DNA of 64,000 nt from the human T2T-CHM13v2.0 reference genome, Homo sapiens. Location: NCBI RefSeq assembly GCF_009914755.1, contig NC_060948.1, one strand, 5' to 3'. The position numbers and the translations under genes were made by a program. This document shows, in pieces, positions 36,101 through 57,880 of this stretch (its first letter is position 1; every line of letters starts with the position of its first letter). The notes under the pieces were generated by a model. It saw only the letters and a program-made list of their open reading frames with translations, did not search any database and was not told where the DNA came from.

Positions 36101-38205
36101 AGATCCATATTTTTTAAATGAAAAAAAATTTCAAAGGTACTCTGCTTGGTACAATAATCAAATGTATAAACTGAGGAATAAAACATAACCATGAAACCTA
36201 CTTATAACTGCATATGGAAAATACAGAGGATAATTTTTTAAATAACATATTTTGAAAGCCTTAACTAGTAATTTGAAGAGCTGGCATTTGAAAGGCCAGT
36301 ATGGATATACCTTCAAAGCAGCAACACAGGTTCCCCATGAGAAAAAGCAAACACAGGGAAAATAAAAACACAAAGGTTCAATCTCTTCTGACCTTTGAAA
36401 GACACAGCACAGACAGTGGTCCTTAGGACGAAGAGCAGTAGACCCCTAATTCCGTCACCATGGCGATAGGGCATAAACATTGCTGGGTGAGGGCACAATC
36501 CACATTGTGAGGTCCAACTGCTGCCAGGAAGACAGGAGTGCTTTTACATAGACCGAAAGGTCATTGAAGGCTCAGAGTTTTGTTTCAAGAACTGAATCCC
36601 AAGCCCACACGTTATTAGGCTGCGCTTCTTAAAACAAGTTATGAGATGGGAAAAAGGGCACCCACAAACATACGTATACATTATGTATATAATAATATAC
36701 AGTATCATATATATAATATATATAACCTATGTATAATATTGTTTTACATCCTGCATCTTATGTTATATATATTGTATAAAATATAATAATTGATAATATA
36801 TAAGTTTTATAATTATACAATATGACATATAGTATATATTATAATTTATGACATATATAATATATGTTATATGTCATATATAGAATATATTATACGGTTA
36901 ATATACGTATTAAATATAAATTATACATTATATATATTATATATAATATATCTGTTATATATAATACCCATTATGCATAATATATATATTATGTCTATGT
37001 TATATATAGTATAAAACAACATATAATAATATATAATTGTATATATAAAATGCGACATATAATATATGTTATATTTTATAACATATGTAATATATATTAT
37101 ATATTATATATAATACGTTGTATGTATAATACCTATATTAAATATATATTATATGACTATGTTATTAATTACATGTCACATGTGTTATATATTATATATT
37201 TTACATAGAATATACCGGTTACATACAATATATACTATGTTACCTATAATGTATAATTTATTACATGTAAAATAAAGAATGCAATATATTATGTAAAATT
37301 TATAATATACCATATGTGGAATGTGATATATATAACATATAATATATGATATATGATGTACAGTATATGATATATAACATACAATATATGATTCTTAATA
37401 TATATGGTATACAATATATATTTTATGATATGTATTCTATATGTTTTATATTCTGTTATATATAACTATTTGAAATTATATATAACTGTATAATATTTTA
37501 TGTAAATATGTAATATATTATATATAACTATATAATATATTACATATAACTATATATTATGTTATATATACTTTTATAACATAATTTACATAAAATATCA
37601 TAATATAATATATATTATATTATTTCATATTACATAATATATATTACATATCACCCAATATAACTAACATACATAATATTATAATATAGATTATATTATG
37701 TTATATTAAATATCATATATATCATGTATCATATATTCTATAATATATATTACACATTATATAATATGTATGTTGTCTATTATGTGATATATATAAGTAT
37801 ATATATAATTATATTTTTATACATATAACTAATTAAACATGTAATTCTACATATTTTCATTTATAATATGTAGAATTATATAATCATATATAATTATTTA
37901 TATTCTATAAAAAATTTTATCATTATATAAATTATAATATATAAAAATTATAATATGTACTACAAATATATATATTATATATCATATATGATATAGTACC
38001 TTTGTTATATATCATAATACATATAAATGTGTATTATGTTATCTATAATTATATAATTTCATATATAAGATGTATTATATGTATCATATATTATATATGT
38101 TATGTAATATATATAGTATATATCAGATGACACAGGATAAATATTATATACTATGACATATAAAATATATGAGGTTATATGTTACATATAAGGCATAGCA
38201 CATAA

Positions 38206-38520
<315 letters not shown>

Positions 38521-40625
38521 AGATCCATATTTTTTAAATGAAAAAAAATTTCAAAGGTACTCTGCTTGGTACAATAATCAAATGTATAAACTGAGGAATA
38601 AAACATAACCATGAAACCTACTTATAACTGCATATGGAAAATACAGAGGATAATTTTTTAAATAACATATTTTGAAAGCCTTAACTAGTAATTTGAAGAG
38701 CTGGCATTTGAAAGGCCAGTATGAATATACCTTCAAAGCAGCAACACAGGTTCCCCATGAGAAAAAGCAAACACAGGGAAAATAAAAACACAAAGGTTCA
38801 ATCTCTTCTGACCTTTGAAAGACACAGCACAGACAGTGGTCCTTAGGACGAAGAGCAGGAGACCCCTAATTCCGTCACCATGGCGATAGGGCATAAACAT
38901 TGCTGGGTGAGGGCACAATCCACATTGTGAGGTCCAACTGCTGCCAGGAAGACAGGAGTGCTTTTACATAGACCGAAAGGTCATTGAAGGCTCAGAGTTT
39001 TGTTTCAAGAACTGAATCCCAAGCCCACACGTTGTTAGGCTGCGCTTCTTAAAACAAGTTATGAGATGGGAAAAAGGGCACCCACAAACATACGTATACA
39101 TTATGTATATAATAATATACAGTATCATATATATAATATATATAACCTATGTATAATATTGTTTTACATCCTGCATCTTATGTTATATATATTGTATAAA
39201 ATATAATAATTGATAATATATAAGTTTTATAATTATACAATATGACATATAGTATATATTATAATTTATGACATATATAATATATGTTATATGTCATATA
39301 TAGAATATATTATACGGTTAATATACGTATTAAATATAAATTATACATTATATATATTATATATAATATATCTGTTATATATAATACCCATTATGCATAA
39401 TATATATATTATGTCTATGTTATATATAGTATAAAACAACATATAATAATATATAATTGTATATATAAAATGCGACATATAATATATATTATATTTTATT
39501 ACATATGTAATATATATTATATATTATATATAATACGTTGTATGTATAATACCTATATTAAATATATATTATATGACTATGTTATTAATTACATGTCACA
39601 TGTGTTATATATTATATATTTTACATAGAATATACCGGTTACATACAATATATACTATGTTACCTATAATGTATAATTTATTACATGTAAAATAAAGAAT
39701 GCAATATATTATGTAAAATTTATAATATACCATATGTGGAATGTGATATATATAACATATAATATATGATATATGATGTACAGTATATGATATATAACAT
39801 ACAATATATGATTCTTAATATATATGGTATACAATATATATTTTATGATATGTATTCTATATGTTTTATATTCTGTTATATATAACTATTTGAAATTATA
39901 TATAACTGTATAATATTTTATGTAAATATGTAATATATTATATATAACTATATAATATATTACATATAACTATATATTATGTTATATATACTTTTATAAC
40001 ATAATTTACATAAAATATCATAATATAATATATATTATATTATTTCATATTACATAATATATATTACATATCACCCAATATAACTAACATACATAATATT
40101 ATAATATAGATTATATTATGTTATATTAAATATCATATATATCATGTATCATATATTCTATAATATATATTACACATTATATAATATGTATGTTGTCTAT
40201 TATGTGATATATATAAGTATATATATAATTATATTTTTATACATATAACTAATTAAACATGTAATTCTACATATTTTCATTTATAATATGTAGAATTATA
40301 TAATCATATATAATTATTTATATTCTATAAAAAATTTTATCATTATATAAATTATAATATATAAAAATTATAATATGTACTACAAATATATATATTATAT
40401 ATCATATATGATATAGTACCTTTGTTATATATCATAATACATATAAATGTGTATTATGTTATCTATAATTATATAATTTCATATATAAGATGTATTATAT
40501 GTATCATATATTATATATGTTATGTAATATATATAGTATATATCAGATGACACAGGATAAATATTATATACTATGACATATAAAATATATGAGGTTATAT
40601 GTTACATATAAGGCATAGCACATAA

Positions 40626-40940
<315 letters not shown>

Positions 40941-43045
40941 AGATCCATATTTTTTAAATGAAAAAAAATTTCAAAGGTACTCTGCTTGGTACAATAATCA
41001 AATGTATAAACTGAGGAATAAAACATAACCATGAAACCTACTTATAACTGCATATGGAAAATACAGAGGATAATTTTTTAAATAACATATTTTGAAAGCC
41101 TTAACTAGTAATTTGAAGAGCTGGCATTTGAAAGGCCAGTATGAATATACCTTCAAAGCAGCAACACAGGTTCCCCATGAGAAAAAGCAAACACAGGGAA
41201 AATAAAAACACAAAGGTTCAATCTCTTCTGACCTTTGAAAGACACAGCACAGACAGTGGTCCTTAGGACGAAGAGCAGGAGACCCCTAATTCCGTCACCA
41301 TGGCGATAGGGCATAAACATTGCTGGGTGAGGGCACAATCCACATTGTGAGGTCCAACTGCTGCCAGGAAGACAGGAGTGCTTTTACATAGACCGAAAGG
41401 TCATTGAAGGCTCAGAGTTTTGTTTCAAGAACTGAATCCCAAGCCCACACGTTGTTAGGCTGCGCTTCTTAAAACAAGTTATGAGATGGGAAAAAGGGCA
41501 CCCACAAACATACGTATACATTATGTATATAATAATATACAGTATCATATATATAATATATATAACCTATGTATAATATTGTTTTACATCCTGCATCTTA
41601 TGTTATATATATTGTATAAAATATAATAATTGATAATATATAAGTTTTATAATTATACAATATGACATATAGTATATATTATAATTTATGACATATATAA
41701 TATATGTTATATGTCATATATAGAATATATTATACGGTTAATATACGTATTAAATATAAATTATACATTATATATATTATATATAATATATCTGTTATAT
41801 ATAATACCCATTATGCATAATATATATATTATGTCTATGTTATATATAGTATAAAACAACATATAATAATATATAATTGTATATATAAAATGCGACATAT
41901 AATATATATTATATTTTATTACATATGTAATATATATTATATATTATATATAATACGTTGTATGTATAATACCTATATTAAATATATATTATATGACTAT
42001 GTTATTAATTACATGTCACATGTGTTATATATTATATATTTTACATAGAATATACCGGTTACATACAATATATACTATGTTACCTATAATGTATAATTTA
42101 TTACATGTAAAATAAAGAATGCAATATATTATGTAAAATTTATAATATACCATATGTGGAATGTGATATATATAACATATAATATATGATATATGATGTA
42201 CAGTATATGATATATAACATACAATATATGATTCTTAATATATATGGTATACAATATATATTTTATGATATGTATTCTATATGTTTTATATTCTGTTATA
42301 TATAACTATTTGAAATTATATATAACTGTATAATATTTTATGTAAATATGTAATATATTATATATAACTATATAATATATTACATATAACTATATATTAT
42401 GTTATATATACTTTTATAACATAATTTACATAAAATATCATAATATAATATATATTATATTATTTCATATTACATAATATATATTACATATCACCCAATA
42501 TAACTAACATACATAATATTATAATATAGATTATATTATGTTATATTAAATATCATATATATCATGTATCATATATTCTATAATATATATTACACATTAT
42601 ATAATATGTATGTTGTCTATTATGTGATATATATAAGTATATATATAATTATATTTTTATACATATAACTAATTAAACATGTAATTCTACATATTTTCAT
42701 TTATAATATGTAGAATTATATAATCATATATAATTATTTATATTCTATAAAAAATTTTATCATTATATAAATTATAATATATAAAAATTATAATATGTAC
42801 TACAAATATATATATTATATATCATATATGATATAGTACCTTTGTTATATATCATAATACATATAAATGTGTATTATGTTATCTATAATTATATAATTTC
42901 ATATATAAGATGTATTATATGTATCATATATTATATATGTTATGTAATATATATAGTATATATCAGATGACACAGGATAAATATTATATACTATGACATA
43001 TAAAATATATGAGGTTATATGTTACATATAAGGCATAGCACATAA

Positions 43046-43360
<315 letters not shown>

Positions 43361-45465
43361 AGATCCATATTTTTTAAATGAAAAAAAATTTCAAAGGTAC
43401 TCTGCTTGGTACAATAATCAAATGTATAAACTGAGGAATAAAACATAACCATGAAACCTACTTATAACTGCATATGGAAAATACAGAGGATAATTTTTTA
43501 AATAACATATTTTGAAAGCCTTAACTAGTAATTTGAAGAGCTGGCATTTGAAAGGCCAGTATGAATATACCTTCAAAGCAGCAACACAGGTTCCCCATGA
43601 GAAAAAGCAAACACAGGGAAAATAAAAACACAAAGGTTCAATCTCTTCTGACCTTTGAAAGACACAGCACAGACAGTGGTCCTTAGGACGAAGAGCAGGA
43701 GACCCCTAATTCCGTCACCATGGCGATAGGGCATAAACATTGCTGGGTGAGGGCACAATCCACATTGTGAGGTCCAACTGCTGCCAGGAAGACAGGAGTG
43801 CTTTTACATAGACCGAAAGGTCATTGAAGGCTCAGAGTTTTGTTTCAAGAACTGAATCCCAAGCCCACACGTTATTAGGCTGCGCTTCTTAAAACAAGTT
43901 ATGAGATGGGAAAAAGGGCACCCACAAACATACGTATACATTATGTATATAATAATATACAGTATCATATATATAATATATATAACCTATGTATAATATT
44001 GTTTTACATCCTGCATCTTATGTTATATATATTGTATAAAATATAATAATTGATAATATATAAGTTTTATAATTATACAATATGACATATAGTATATATT
44101 ATAATTTATGACATATATAATATATGTTATATGTCATATATAGAATATATTATACGGTTAATATACGTATTAAATATAAATCATACATTATATATATTAT
44201 ATATAATATATCTGTTATATATAATACCCATTATGCATAATATATATATTATGTCTATGTTATATATAGTATAAAACAACATATAATAATATATAATTGT
44301 ATATATAAAATGCGACATATAATATATATTATATTTTATAACATATGTAATATGTATTATATATTATATATAATACGTTGTATGTATAATACCTATATTA
44401 AATATATATTATATGACTATGTTATTAATTACATGTCACATGTGTTATATATTATATATTTTACATAGAATATACCGGTTACATACAATATATACTATGT
44501 TACCTATAATGTATAATTTCTTACATGTAAAATAAAGAATGCAATATATTATGTATAATTTATAATATACCATATGTGGAATGTGATATATATAACATAT
44601 AATATATGATATATGATATACAGTATATGATATATAACATACAATATATGATTCCTAATATATATGGTATGCAATATATATTTTATGATATGTATTCTAT
44701 ATGTTTTATATTCTGTTATATATAACTATTTGAAATTATATATAATTGCATAATATTTTATGTAAATATGTAATATAATATATATAACTATATAATATAT
44801 TATATATAACTATATATTATGTTATATATACTTTTATAACATAATTTACATAAAATATCATAATATAATATATATTATATTATTTCATATTACATAATAT
44901 ATATTACATATCACCCAATATAACTAACATACATAATATTATAATATAGATTATATTGTGTTATATTAAATATCATATATATCATGTATCATATATTCTA
45001 TAATATATATTACACATTATATAATATGTATGTTGTCTATTATGTGATATATATAACTCTATATATAATTATATTTTTATACATATAACTAGATAAACAT
45101 GTAATTCTACATATTTTCATTTATAATATGTAGAATTATATAATCATATATAATTATTTATATTCTATAAAAAATTTTATCATTATATAAATTATAATAT
45201 ATAAAAATTATAATATGTACTACAAATATATATATTATATATCATATATGATATAGTACCTTTGTTATATATCATAATACATATAAATGTGTATTATGTT
45301 ATCTATAATTATATAATTTCATATATAAGATGTATAATATGTATCATATATTATATAAGTTATGTAATATATATAGTATATATAAGATGACACAGGATAA
45401 ATATTATATACTATGACATATAAAATATATGAGGTTATATGTTACATATAAGGCATAGCACATAA

Positions 45466-45780
<315 letters not shown>

Positions 45781-47885
45781 AGATCCATATTTTTTAAATG
45801 AAAAAAAATTTCAAAGGTACTCTGCTTGGTACAATAATCAAATGTATAAACTGAGGAATAAAACATAACCATGAAACCTACTTATAACTGCATATGGAAA
45901 ATACAGAGGATAATTTTTTAAATAACATATTTTGAAAGCCTTAACTAGTAACTTGAAGAGTTGGCATTTGAAAGGCCAGTATGAATATACCTTCAAAGCA
46001 GCAACACAGGTTCCCCATGAGAAAAAGCAAACACAGGGAAAATAAAAACACAAAGGTTCAATCTCTTCTGACCTTTGAAAGACACAGCACAGACAGTGGT
46101 CCTTAGGACGAAGAGCAGGAGACCCCTAATTCCGTCACCATGGCGATAGGGCATAAACATTGCTGGGTGAGGGCACAATCCACATTGTGAGGTCCAACTG
46201 CTGCCAGGAAGACAGGAGTGCTTTTACATAGACCGAAAGGTCATTGAAGGCTCAGAGTTTTGTTTCAAGAACTGAATCCCAAGCCCACACGTTATTAGGC
46301 TGCGCTTCTTAAAACAAGTTATGAGATGGGAAAAAGGGCACCCACAAACATACGTATACATTATGTATATAATAATATACAGTATCATATATATAATATA
46401 TATAACCTATGTATAATATTGTTTTACATCCTGCATCTTATGTTATATATATTGTATAAAATATAATAATTGATAATATATAAGTTTTATAATTATACAA
46501 TATGACATATAGTATATATTATAATTTATGACATGTATAATATATGTTATATGTCATATATAGAATATATTATACGGTTAATATACGTATTAAATATAAA
46601 TTATACATTATATATATTATATATAATATATCTGTTATATATAATACCCATTATGCATAATATATATATTATGTCTATGTTATATATAGTATAAAACAAC
46701 ATATAATAATATATAATTGTATATATAAAATGCGACATATAATATATATTATATTTTATAACATATGTAATATATATTATATATTATATATAATACGTTG
46801 TATGTATAATACCTATATTAAATATATATTATATGACTATGTTATTAATTACATGTCACATGTGTTATATATTATATATTTTACATAGAATATACCGGTT
46901 ACATACAATATATACTATGTTACCTATAATGTATAATTTATTACATGTAAAATAAATAATGCAATATATTATGTATAATTTATAATATACCATATGTGGA
47001 ATGTGATATATATAACATATAATATATGATATATGATATACAGTATATGATATATAACATACAATATATGATTCCTAATATATATGGTATGCAATATATA
47101 TTTTATGATATGTATTCTATATGTTTTATATTCTGTTATATATAACTATTTGAAATTATATATAATTGCATAATATTTTATGTAAATATGTAATATAATA
47201 TATATAACTATATAATATATTATATATAACTATATATTATGTTATATATACTTTTATAACATAATTTACATAAAATATCATAATATAATATATATTATAT
47301 TATTTCATATTACATAATATATATTACGTATCACCCAATATAACTAACATACATAATATTATAATATAGATTATATTGTGTTATATTAAATATCATATAT
47401 ATCATGTATCATATATTCTATAATATATATTACACATTATATAATATGTATGTTGTCTATTATGTGATATATATAACTCTATATATAATTATATTTTTAT
47501 ACATATAACTAGATAAACATGTAATTCTACATATTTTCATTTATAATATGTAGAATTATATAATCATATATATTTATTTATATTCTATAAAAAATTTTAT
47601 CATTATATAAATTATAATATATAAAAATTATAATATGTACTACAAATATATATATTATATATCATATATGATATAGTACCTTTGTTATATATCATAATAC
47701 ATATAAATGTGTATTATGTTATCTATAATTATATAATTTCATATATAAGATGTATAATATGTATCATATATTATATAAGTTATGTAATATATATAGTATA
47801 TATAAGATGACACAGGATAAATATTATATACTATGACATATAAAATATATGAGGTTATATGTTACATATAAGGCATAGCACATAA

Positions 47886-48200
<315 letters not shown>

Positions 48201-50305
48201 AGATCCATATTTTTTAAATGAAAAAAAATTTCAAAGGTACTCTGCTTGGTACAATAATCAAATGTATAAACTGAGGAATAAAACATAACCATGAAACCTA
48301 CTTATAACTGCATATGGAAAATACAGAGGATAATTTTTTAAATAACATATTTTGAAAGCCTTAACTAGTAATTTGAAGAGTTGGCATTTGAAAGGCCAGT
48401 ATGAATATACCTTCAAAGCAGCAACACAGGTTCCCCATGAGAAAAAGCAAACACAGGGAAAATAAAAACACAAAGGTTCAATCTCTTCTGACCTTTGAAA
48501 GACACAGCACAGACAGTGGTCCTTAGGACGAAGAGCAGGAGACCCCTAATTCCGTCACCATGGCGATAGGGCATAAACATTGCTGGGTGAGGGCACAATC
48601 CACATTGTGAGGTCCAACTGCTGCCAGGAAGACAGGAGTGCTTTTACATAGACCGAAAGGTCATTGAAGGCTCAGAGTTTTGTTTCAAGAACTGAATCCC
48701 AAGCCCACACGTTATTAGGCTGCGCTTCTTAAAACAAGTTATGAGATGGGAAAAAGGGCACCCACAAACATACGTATACATTATGTATATAATAATATAC
48801 AGTATCATATATATAATATATATAACCTATGTATAATATTGTTTTACATCCTGCATCTTATGTTATATATATTGTATAAAATATAATAATTGATAATATA
48901 TAAGTTTTATAATTATACAATATGACATATAGTATATATTATAATTTATGACATATATAATATATGTTATATGTCATATATAGAATATATTATACGGTTA
49001 ATATACGTATTAAATATAAATCATACATTATATATATTATATATAATATATCTGTTATATATAATACCCATTATGCATAATATATATATTATGTCTATGT
49101 TATATATAGTATAAAACAACATATAATAATATATAATTGTATATATAAAATGCGACATATAATATATATTATATTTTATAACATATGTAATATGTATTAT
49201 ATATTATATATAATACGTTGTATGTATAATACCTATATTAAATATATATTATATGACTATGTTATTAATTACATGTCACATGTGTTATATATTATATATT
49301 TTACATAGAATATACCGGTTACATACAATATATACTATGTTACCTATAATGTATAATTTATTACATGTAAAATAAAGAATGCAATATATTATGTATAATT
49401 TATAATATACCATATGTGGAATGTGATATATATAACATATAATATATAATATATGATATACAGTATATGATATATAACATACAATATATGATTCCTAATA
49501 TATATGGTATACAATATATATTTTATGATATGTATTCTATATGTTTTATATTCTGTTGTATATAACTATTTGAAATTATATATAACTGTACAATATTTTA
49601 TGTAAATATGTAATATAATATATATAACTCTATAATATATTATATATAACTATATATTATGTTATATATACTTTTATAACATAATTTACATAAAATATCA
49701 TAATATAATATATATTATATTATTTCATAATACATAATATATATTACGTATCACCCAATATAACTAACATACATAATATTATAATATAGATTATATTGTG
49801 TTATATTAAATATCATATATATCATGTATCATATATTCTATAATATATATTACACATTATATAATATGTATGTTGTCTATTATGTGATATATATAACTAT
49901 ATATATAATTATATTTTTATACATATAACTAGATAAACATGTAATTCTACATATTTTCATTTATAATATGTAGAATTATATAATCATATATAATTATTTA
50001 TATTCTATAAAAAATTTTATCATTATATAAATTATAATATATAAAAATTATAATATGTACTACAAATATATATATTATATATCATATATGATATAGTACC
50101 TTTGTTATATATCATAATACATATAAATGTGTATTATGTTATCTATAATTATATAATTTCATATATAAGATGTATAATATGTATCATATATTATATAAGT
50201 TATGTAATATATATAGTATATATAAGATGACACAGGATAAATATTATATACTATGACATATAAAATATATGAGGTTATATGTTACATATAAGGCATAGCA
50301 CATAA

Positions 50306-50620
<315 letters not shown>

Positions 50621-52725
50621 AGATCCATATTTTTTAAATGAAAAAAAATTTCAAAGGTACTCAGCTTGGTATAATAATCAAATGTATAAACTGAGGAATA
50701 AAACATAACCATGAAACCTACTTATAACTGCATATGGAAAATACAGAGGATAATTTTTTAAATAACATATTTTGAAAGCCTTAACTAGTAATTTGAAGAG
50801 TTGGCATTTGAAAGGCCAGTATGAATATACCTTCAAAGCAGCAACACAGGTTCCCCATGAGAAAAAGCAAACACAGGGAAAACAAAAACACAAAGGTTCA
50901 ATCTCTTCTGACCTTTGAAAGACACAGCACAGACAGTGGTCCTTAGGACGAAGAGCAGGAGACCCCTAATTCCGTCACCATGGCGATAGGGCATAAACAT
51001 TGCTGGGTGAGGGCACAATCCACATTGTGAGGTCCAACTGCTGCCAGGAAGACAGGAGTGCTTTTACATAGACCGAAAGGTCATTGAAGGCTCAGAGTTT
51101 TGTTTCAAGAACTGAATCCCAAGCCCACACGTTATTAGGCTGCGCTTCTTCAAACAAGTTATGAGATGGGAAAAAGGGCACCCACAAACATACGTATACA
51201 TTATGTATATAATAATATACAGTATCATATATATAATATATATAACCTATGTATAATATTGTTTTACATCCTGCATCTTATGTTATATATATTGTATAAA
51301 ATATAATAATTGATAATATATAAGTTTTATAATTATACAATAAGACATATAGTATATATTATAATTTATGACATATATAATATATGTTATATGTCATATA
51401 TAGAATATATTATACGGTTAATATACGTATTAAATATAAATTATACATTATATATATTATATATATTATATCTGTTATATATAATACCCATTATGCATAA
51501 TATATATATTATGTCTATGTTATATATAGTATAAAACAACATATAATAATATATAATTGTATATATAAAATGCGACATATAATATATATTATATTTTATA
51601 ACATATGTAATATGTATTATATATTATATATAATACGTTGTATGTATAATACCTATATTAAATATATATTATATGACTATGTTATTAATTACATGTCACA
51701 TGTGTTATATATTATATATTTTACATAGAATATACCGGTTACATACAATATATACTATGTTACCTATAATGTATAATTTATTACATGTAAAATAAAGAAT
51801 GCAATATATTATGTATAATTTATAATATACCATATGTGGAATGTGATATATATAACATATAATATATAATATATGATATACAGTATATGATATATAACAT
51901 ACAATATATGATTCCTAATATATATGGTATACAATATATATTTTATGATATGTATTCTATATGTTTTATATTCTGTTGTATATAACTATTTGAAATTATA
52001 TATAACTGTACAATATTTTATGTAAATATGTAATATAATATATATAACTATATAATATATTATATATAACTATATATTATGTTATATATACTTTTATAAC
52101 ATAATTTACATAAAATATCATAATATAATATATATTATATTATTTCATATTACATAATATATATTACATATCACCCAATATAACTAACATACATAATATT
52201 ATAATATAGATTATATTGTGTTATATTAAATATCATATATATCATGTATCATATATTCTATAATATATATTACACATTATATAATATGTATGTTGTCTAT
52301 TATGTGATATACATAACTATATATATAATTATATTTTTATACATATAACTAGATAAACATGTAATTCTACATATTTTCATTTATAATATGTAGAATTATA
52401 TAATCATATATAATTATTTATATTCTATAAAAAATTTTATCATTATATAAATTATAATATATAAAAATTATAATATGTACTACAAATATATATATTATAT
52501 ATCATATATGATATAGTACCTTTGTTATAAATCATAATACATATAAATGTGTATTATGTTATCTATAATTATATAATTTCTTATATAAGATGTATAATAT
52601 GTATCATATATTATATATGTTATGTAATATATATAGTATATATAAGATGACACAGGATAAATATTATATACTATGACATATAAAATATATGAGGTTATAT
52701 GTTACATATAAGGCATAGCACATAA

Positions 52726-53040
<315 letters not shown>

Positions 53041-55145
53041 AGATCCATATTTTTTAAATGAAAAAAAATTTCAAAGGTACTCTGCTTGGTACAATAATCA
53101 AATGTATAAACTGAGGAATAAAACATAACCATGAAACCTACTTATAACTGCATATGGAAAATACAGAGGATAATTTTTTAAATAACATATTTTGAAAGCC
53201 TTAACTAGTAATTTGAAGAGTTGGCATTTGAAAGGCCAGTATGAATATACCTTCAAAGCAGCAACACAGGTTCCCCATGAGAAAAAGCAAACACAGGGAA
53301 AATAAAAACACAAAGGTTCAATCTCTTCTGACCTTTGAAAGACACAGCACAGACAGTGGTCCTTAGGACGAAGAGCAGGAGACCCCTAATTCCGTCACCA
53401 TGGCGATAGGGCATAAACATTGCTGGGTGAGGGCACAATCCACATTGTGAGGTCCAACTGCTGCCAGGAAGACAGGAGTGCTTTTACATAGACCGAAAGG
53501 TCATTGAAGGCTCAGAGTTTTGTTTCAAGAACTGAATCTCAAGCCCACACGTTATTAGGCTTCGCTTCTTAAAACAAGTTATGAGATGGGAAAAAGGGCA
53601 CCCACAAACATACGTATACATTATGTATATAATAATATACAGTATCATATATATAATATATATAACCTATGTATAATATTGTTTTACATCCTGCATCTTA
53701 TGTTATATATATTGTATAAAGTATAATAATTGATAATATATAAGTTTTATAATTATACAATATGACATATAGTATATATTATAATTTATGACATATATAA
53801 TATATGTTATATGTCATATATAGAATATATTATACGGTTAATATACGCATTAAATATAAATCATACATTATATATATTATATATAATATATCTGTTATAT
53901 ATAATACCCATTATGCATAATATATATATTATGTCTATGTTATATATAGTATAAAACAACATATAATAATATATAATTGTATATATAAAATGCGACATAT
54001 AATATATATTATATTTTATAACATATGTAATATATATTATATATTATATATAATACGTTGTATGTATAATACCTATCTTAAATATATATTATATGACTAT
54101 GTTATTAATTACATGTCACATGTGTTATATATTATATATTTTACATAGAATATACCGGTTACATACAATATATACTATGTTACCTATAATGTATAATTTA
54201 TTACATGTAAAATAAAGAATGCAATATATTATGTATAATTTATAATATACCATATTTGGAATGTGATATATATAACATATAATATATGATATATGATATA
54301 CAGTATATGATATATAACATACAATATATGATTCCTAATATATATGGTATACAATATATATTTTATGATAAGTATTCTATATGTTTTATATTCTGTTATA
54401 TATAACTATTTGAAATTATATATAACTGTATAATATTTTATGTAAATATGTAATATAATATATATAACTATATAATATATTATATATAACTATATATTAT
54501 GTTATATATACTTTTATAACATAATTTACATAAAATATCATAATATAATATATATTATATTATTTCATATTACATAATATATATTACGTATCACCCAATA
54601 TAACTAACATACATAATATTATAATATAGATTATATTGTGTTATATTAAATATCATATATATCATGTATCATATATTCTATAATATATATTACACATTAT
54701 ATAATATGTATGTTGTCTATTATGTGATATATATAACTATATATATAATTATATTTTTATACATATAACTAGATAAACATGTAATTCTACATATTTTCAT
54801 TTATAATATGTAGAATTATATAATCATATATAATTATTTATATTCTATAAAAAATTTTATCATTATATAAATTATAATATATAAAAATTATAATATGTAC
54901 TACAAATATATATATTATATATCATATATGATATAGTACCTTTGTTATATATCATAATACATATAAATGTGTATTATGTTATCTATAATTATATAATTTC
55001 ATATATAAGATGTATAATATGTATCATATATTATATAAGTTATGTAATATATATAGTATATATAAGATGACACAGGATAAATATTATATACTATGACATA
55101 TAAAATATATGAGGTTATATGTTACATATAAGGCATAGCACATAA

Positions 55146-55460
<315 letters not shown>

Positions 55461-57565
55461 AGATCCATATTTTTTAAATGAAAAAAAATTTCAAAGGTAC
55501 TCAGCTTGGTATAATAATCAAATGTATAAACTGAGGAATAAAACATAACCATGAAACCTACTTATAACTGCATATGGAAAATACAGAGGATAATTTTTTA
55601 AATAACATATTTTGAAAGCCTTAACTAGTAATTTGAAGAGTTGGCATTTGAAAGGCCAGTATGAATATACCTTCAAAGCAGCAACACAGGTTCCCCATGA
55701 GAAAAAGCAAACACAGGGAAAACAAAAACACAAAGGTTCAATCTCTTCTGACCTTTGAAAGACACAGCACAGACAGTGGTCCTTAGGACGAAGAGCAGGA
55801 GACCCCTAATTCCGTCACCATGGCGATAGGGCATAAACATTGCTGGGTGAGGGCACAATCCACATTGTGAGGCCCAACTGCTGCCAGGAAGACAGGAGTG
55901 CTTTTACATAGACCGAAAGGTCATTGAAGGCTCAGAGTTTTGTTTCAAGAACTGAATCCAAAGCCCACACGTTATTAGGCTGCGCTTCTTCAAACAAGTT
56001 ATGAGATGGGAAAAAGGGCACCCACAAACATACGTATACATTATGTATATAATAATATACAGTATCATATATATAATATATATAACCTATGTATAATATT
56101 GTTTTACATCCTGCATCTTATGTTATATATATTGTATAAAATATAATAATTGATAATATATAAGTTTTATAATTATACAATAAGACATATAGTATATATT
56201 ATAATTTATGACATATATAATATATGTTCTATGTCATATATAGAATATATTATACGGTTAATATACGTATTAAATATAAATCATACATTATATATATTAT
56301 ATATATTATATCTGTTATATATAATACCCATTATGCATAATATATATATTATGTCTATGTTATATATAGTATAAAACAACATATAATAATATATAATTGT
56401 ATATATAAAATGCGACATATAATATATATTATATTTTATAACATATGTAATATGTATTATATATTATATATAATACGTTGTATGTATAATACCTATATTA
56501 AATATATATTATATGACTATGTTATTAATTACATGTCACATGTGTTATATATTATATATTTTACATAGAATATACCGGTTACATACAATATATACTATGT
56601 TACCTATAATGTATAATTTATTACATGTAAAATAAAGAATGCAATATATTATGTATAATTTATAATATACCATATGTGGAATGTGATATATATAACATAT
56701 AATATATAATATATGATATACAGTATATGATATATAACATACAATATATGATTCCTAATATATATGGTATACAATATATATTTTATGATATGTATTCTAT
56801 ATGTTTTATATTCTGTTGTATATAACTATTTGAAATTATATATAACTGTACAATATTTTATGTAAATATGTAATATAATATATATAACTATATAATATAT
56901 TATATATAACTATATATTATGTTATATATACTTTTATAACATAATTTACATAAAATATCATAATATAATATATATTATATTATTTCATATTACATAATAT
57001 ATATTACATATCACCCAATATAACTAACATACATAATATTATAATATAGATTATATTGTGTTATATTAAATATCATATATATCATGTATCATATATTCTA
57101 TAATATATATTACACATTATATAATATGTATGTTGTCTATTATGTGATATACATAACTATGTATATAATTATATTTTTATACATATAACTAGATAAACAT
57201 GTAATTCTACATATTTTCATTTATAATATGTAGAATTATATAATCATATATAATTATTTATATTCTATAAAAAATTTTATCATTATATAAATTATAATAT
57301 ATAAAAATTATAATATGTACTACAAATATATATATTATATATCATATATGATATAGTACCTTTGTTATATATCATAATACATATAAATGTGTATTATGTT
57401 ATCTATAATTATATAATTTCTTATATAAGATGTATAATATGTATCATATATTATATATGTTATGTAATATATATAGTATATATAAGATGACACAGGATAA
57501 ATATTATATACTATGACATATAAAATATATGAGGTTATATGTTACATATAAGGCATAGCACATAA

Positions 57566-57880
<315 letters not shown>
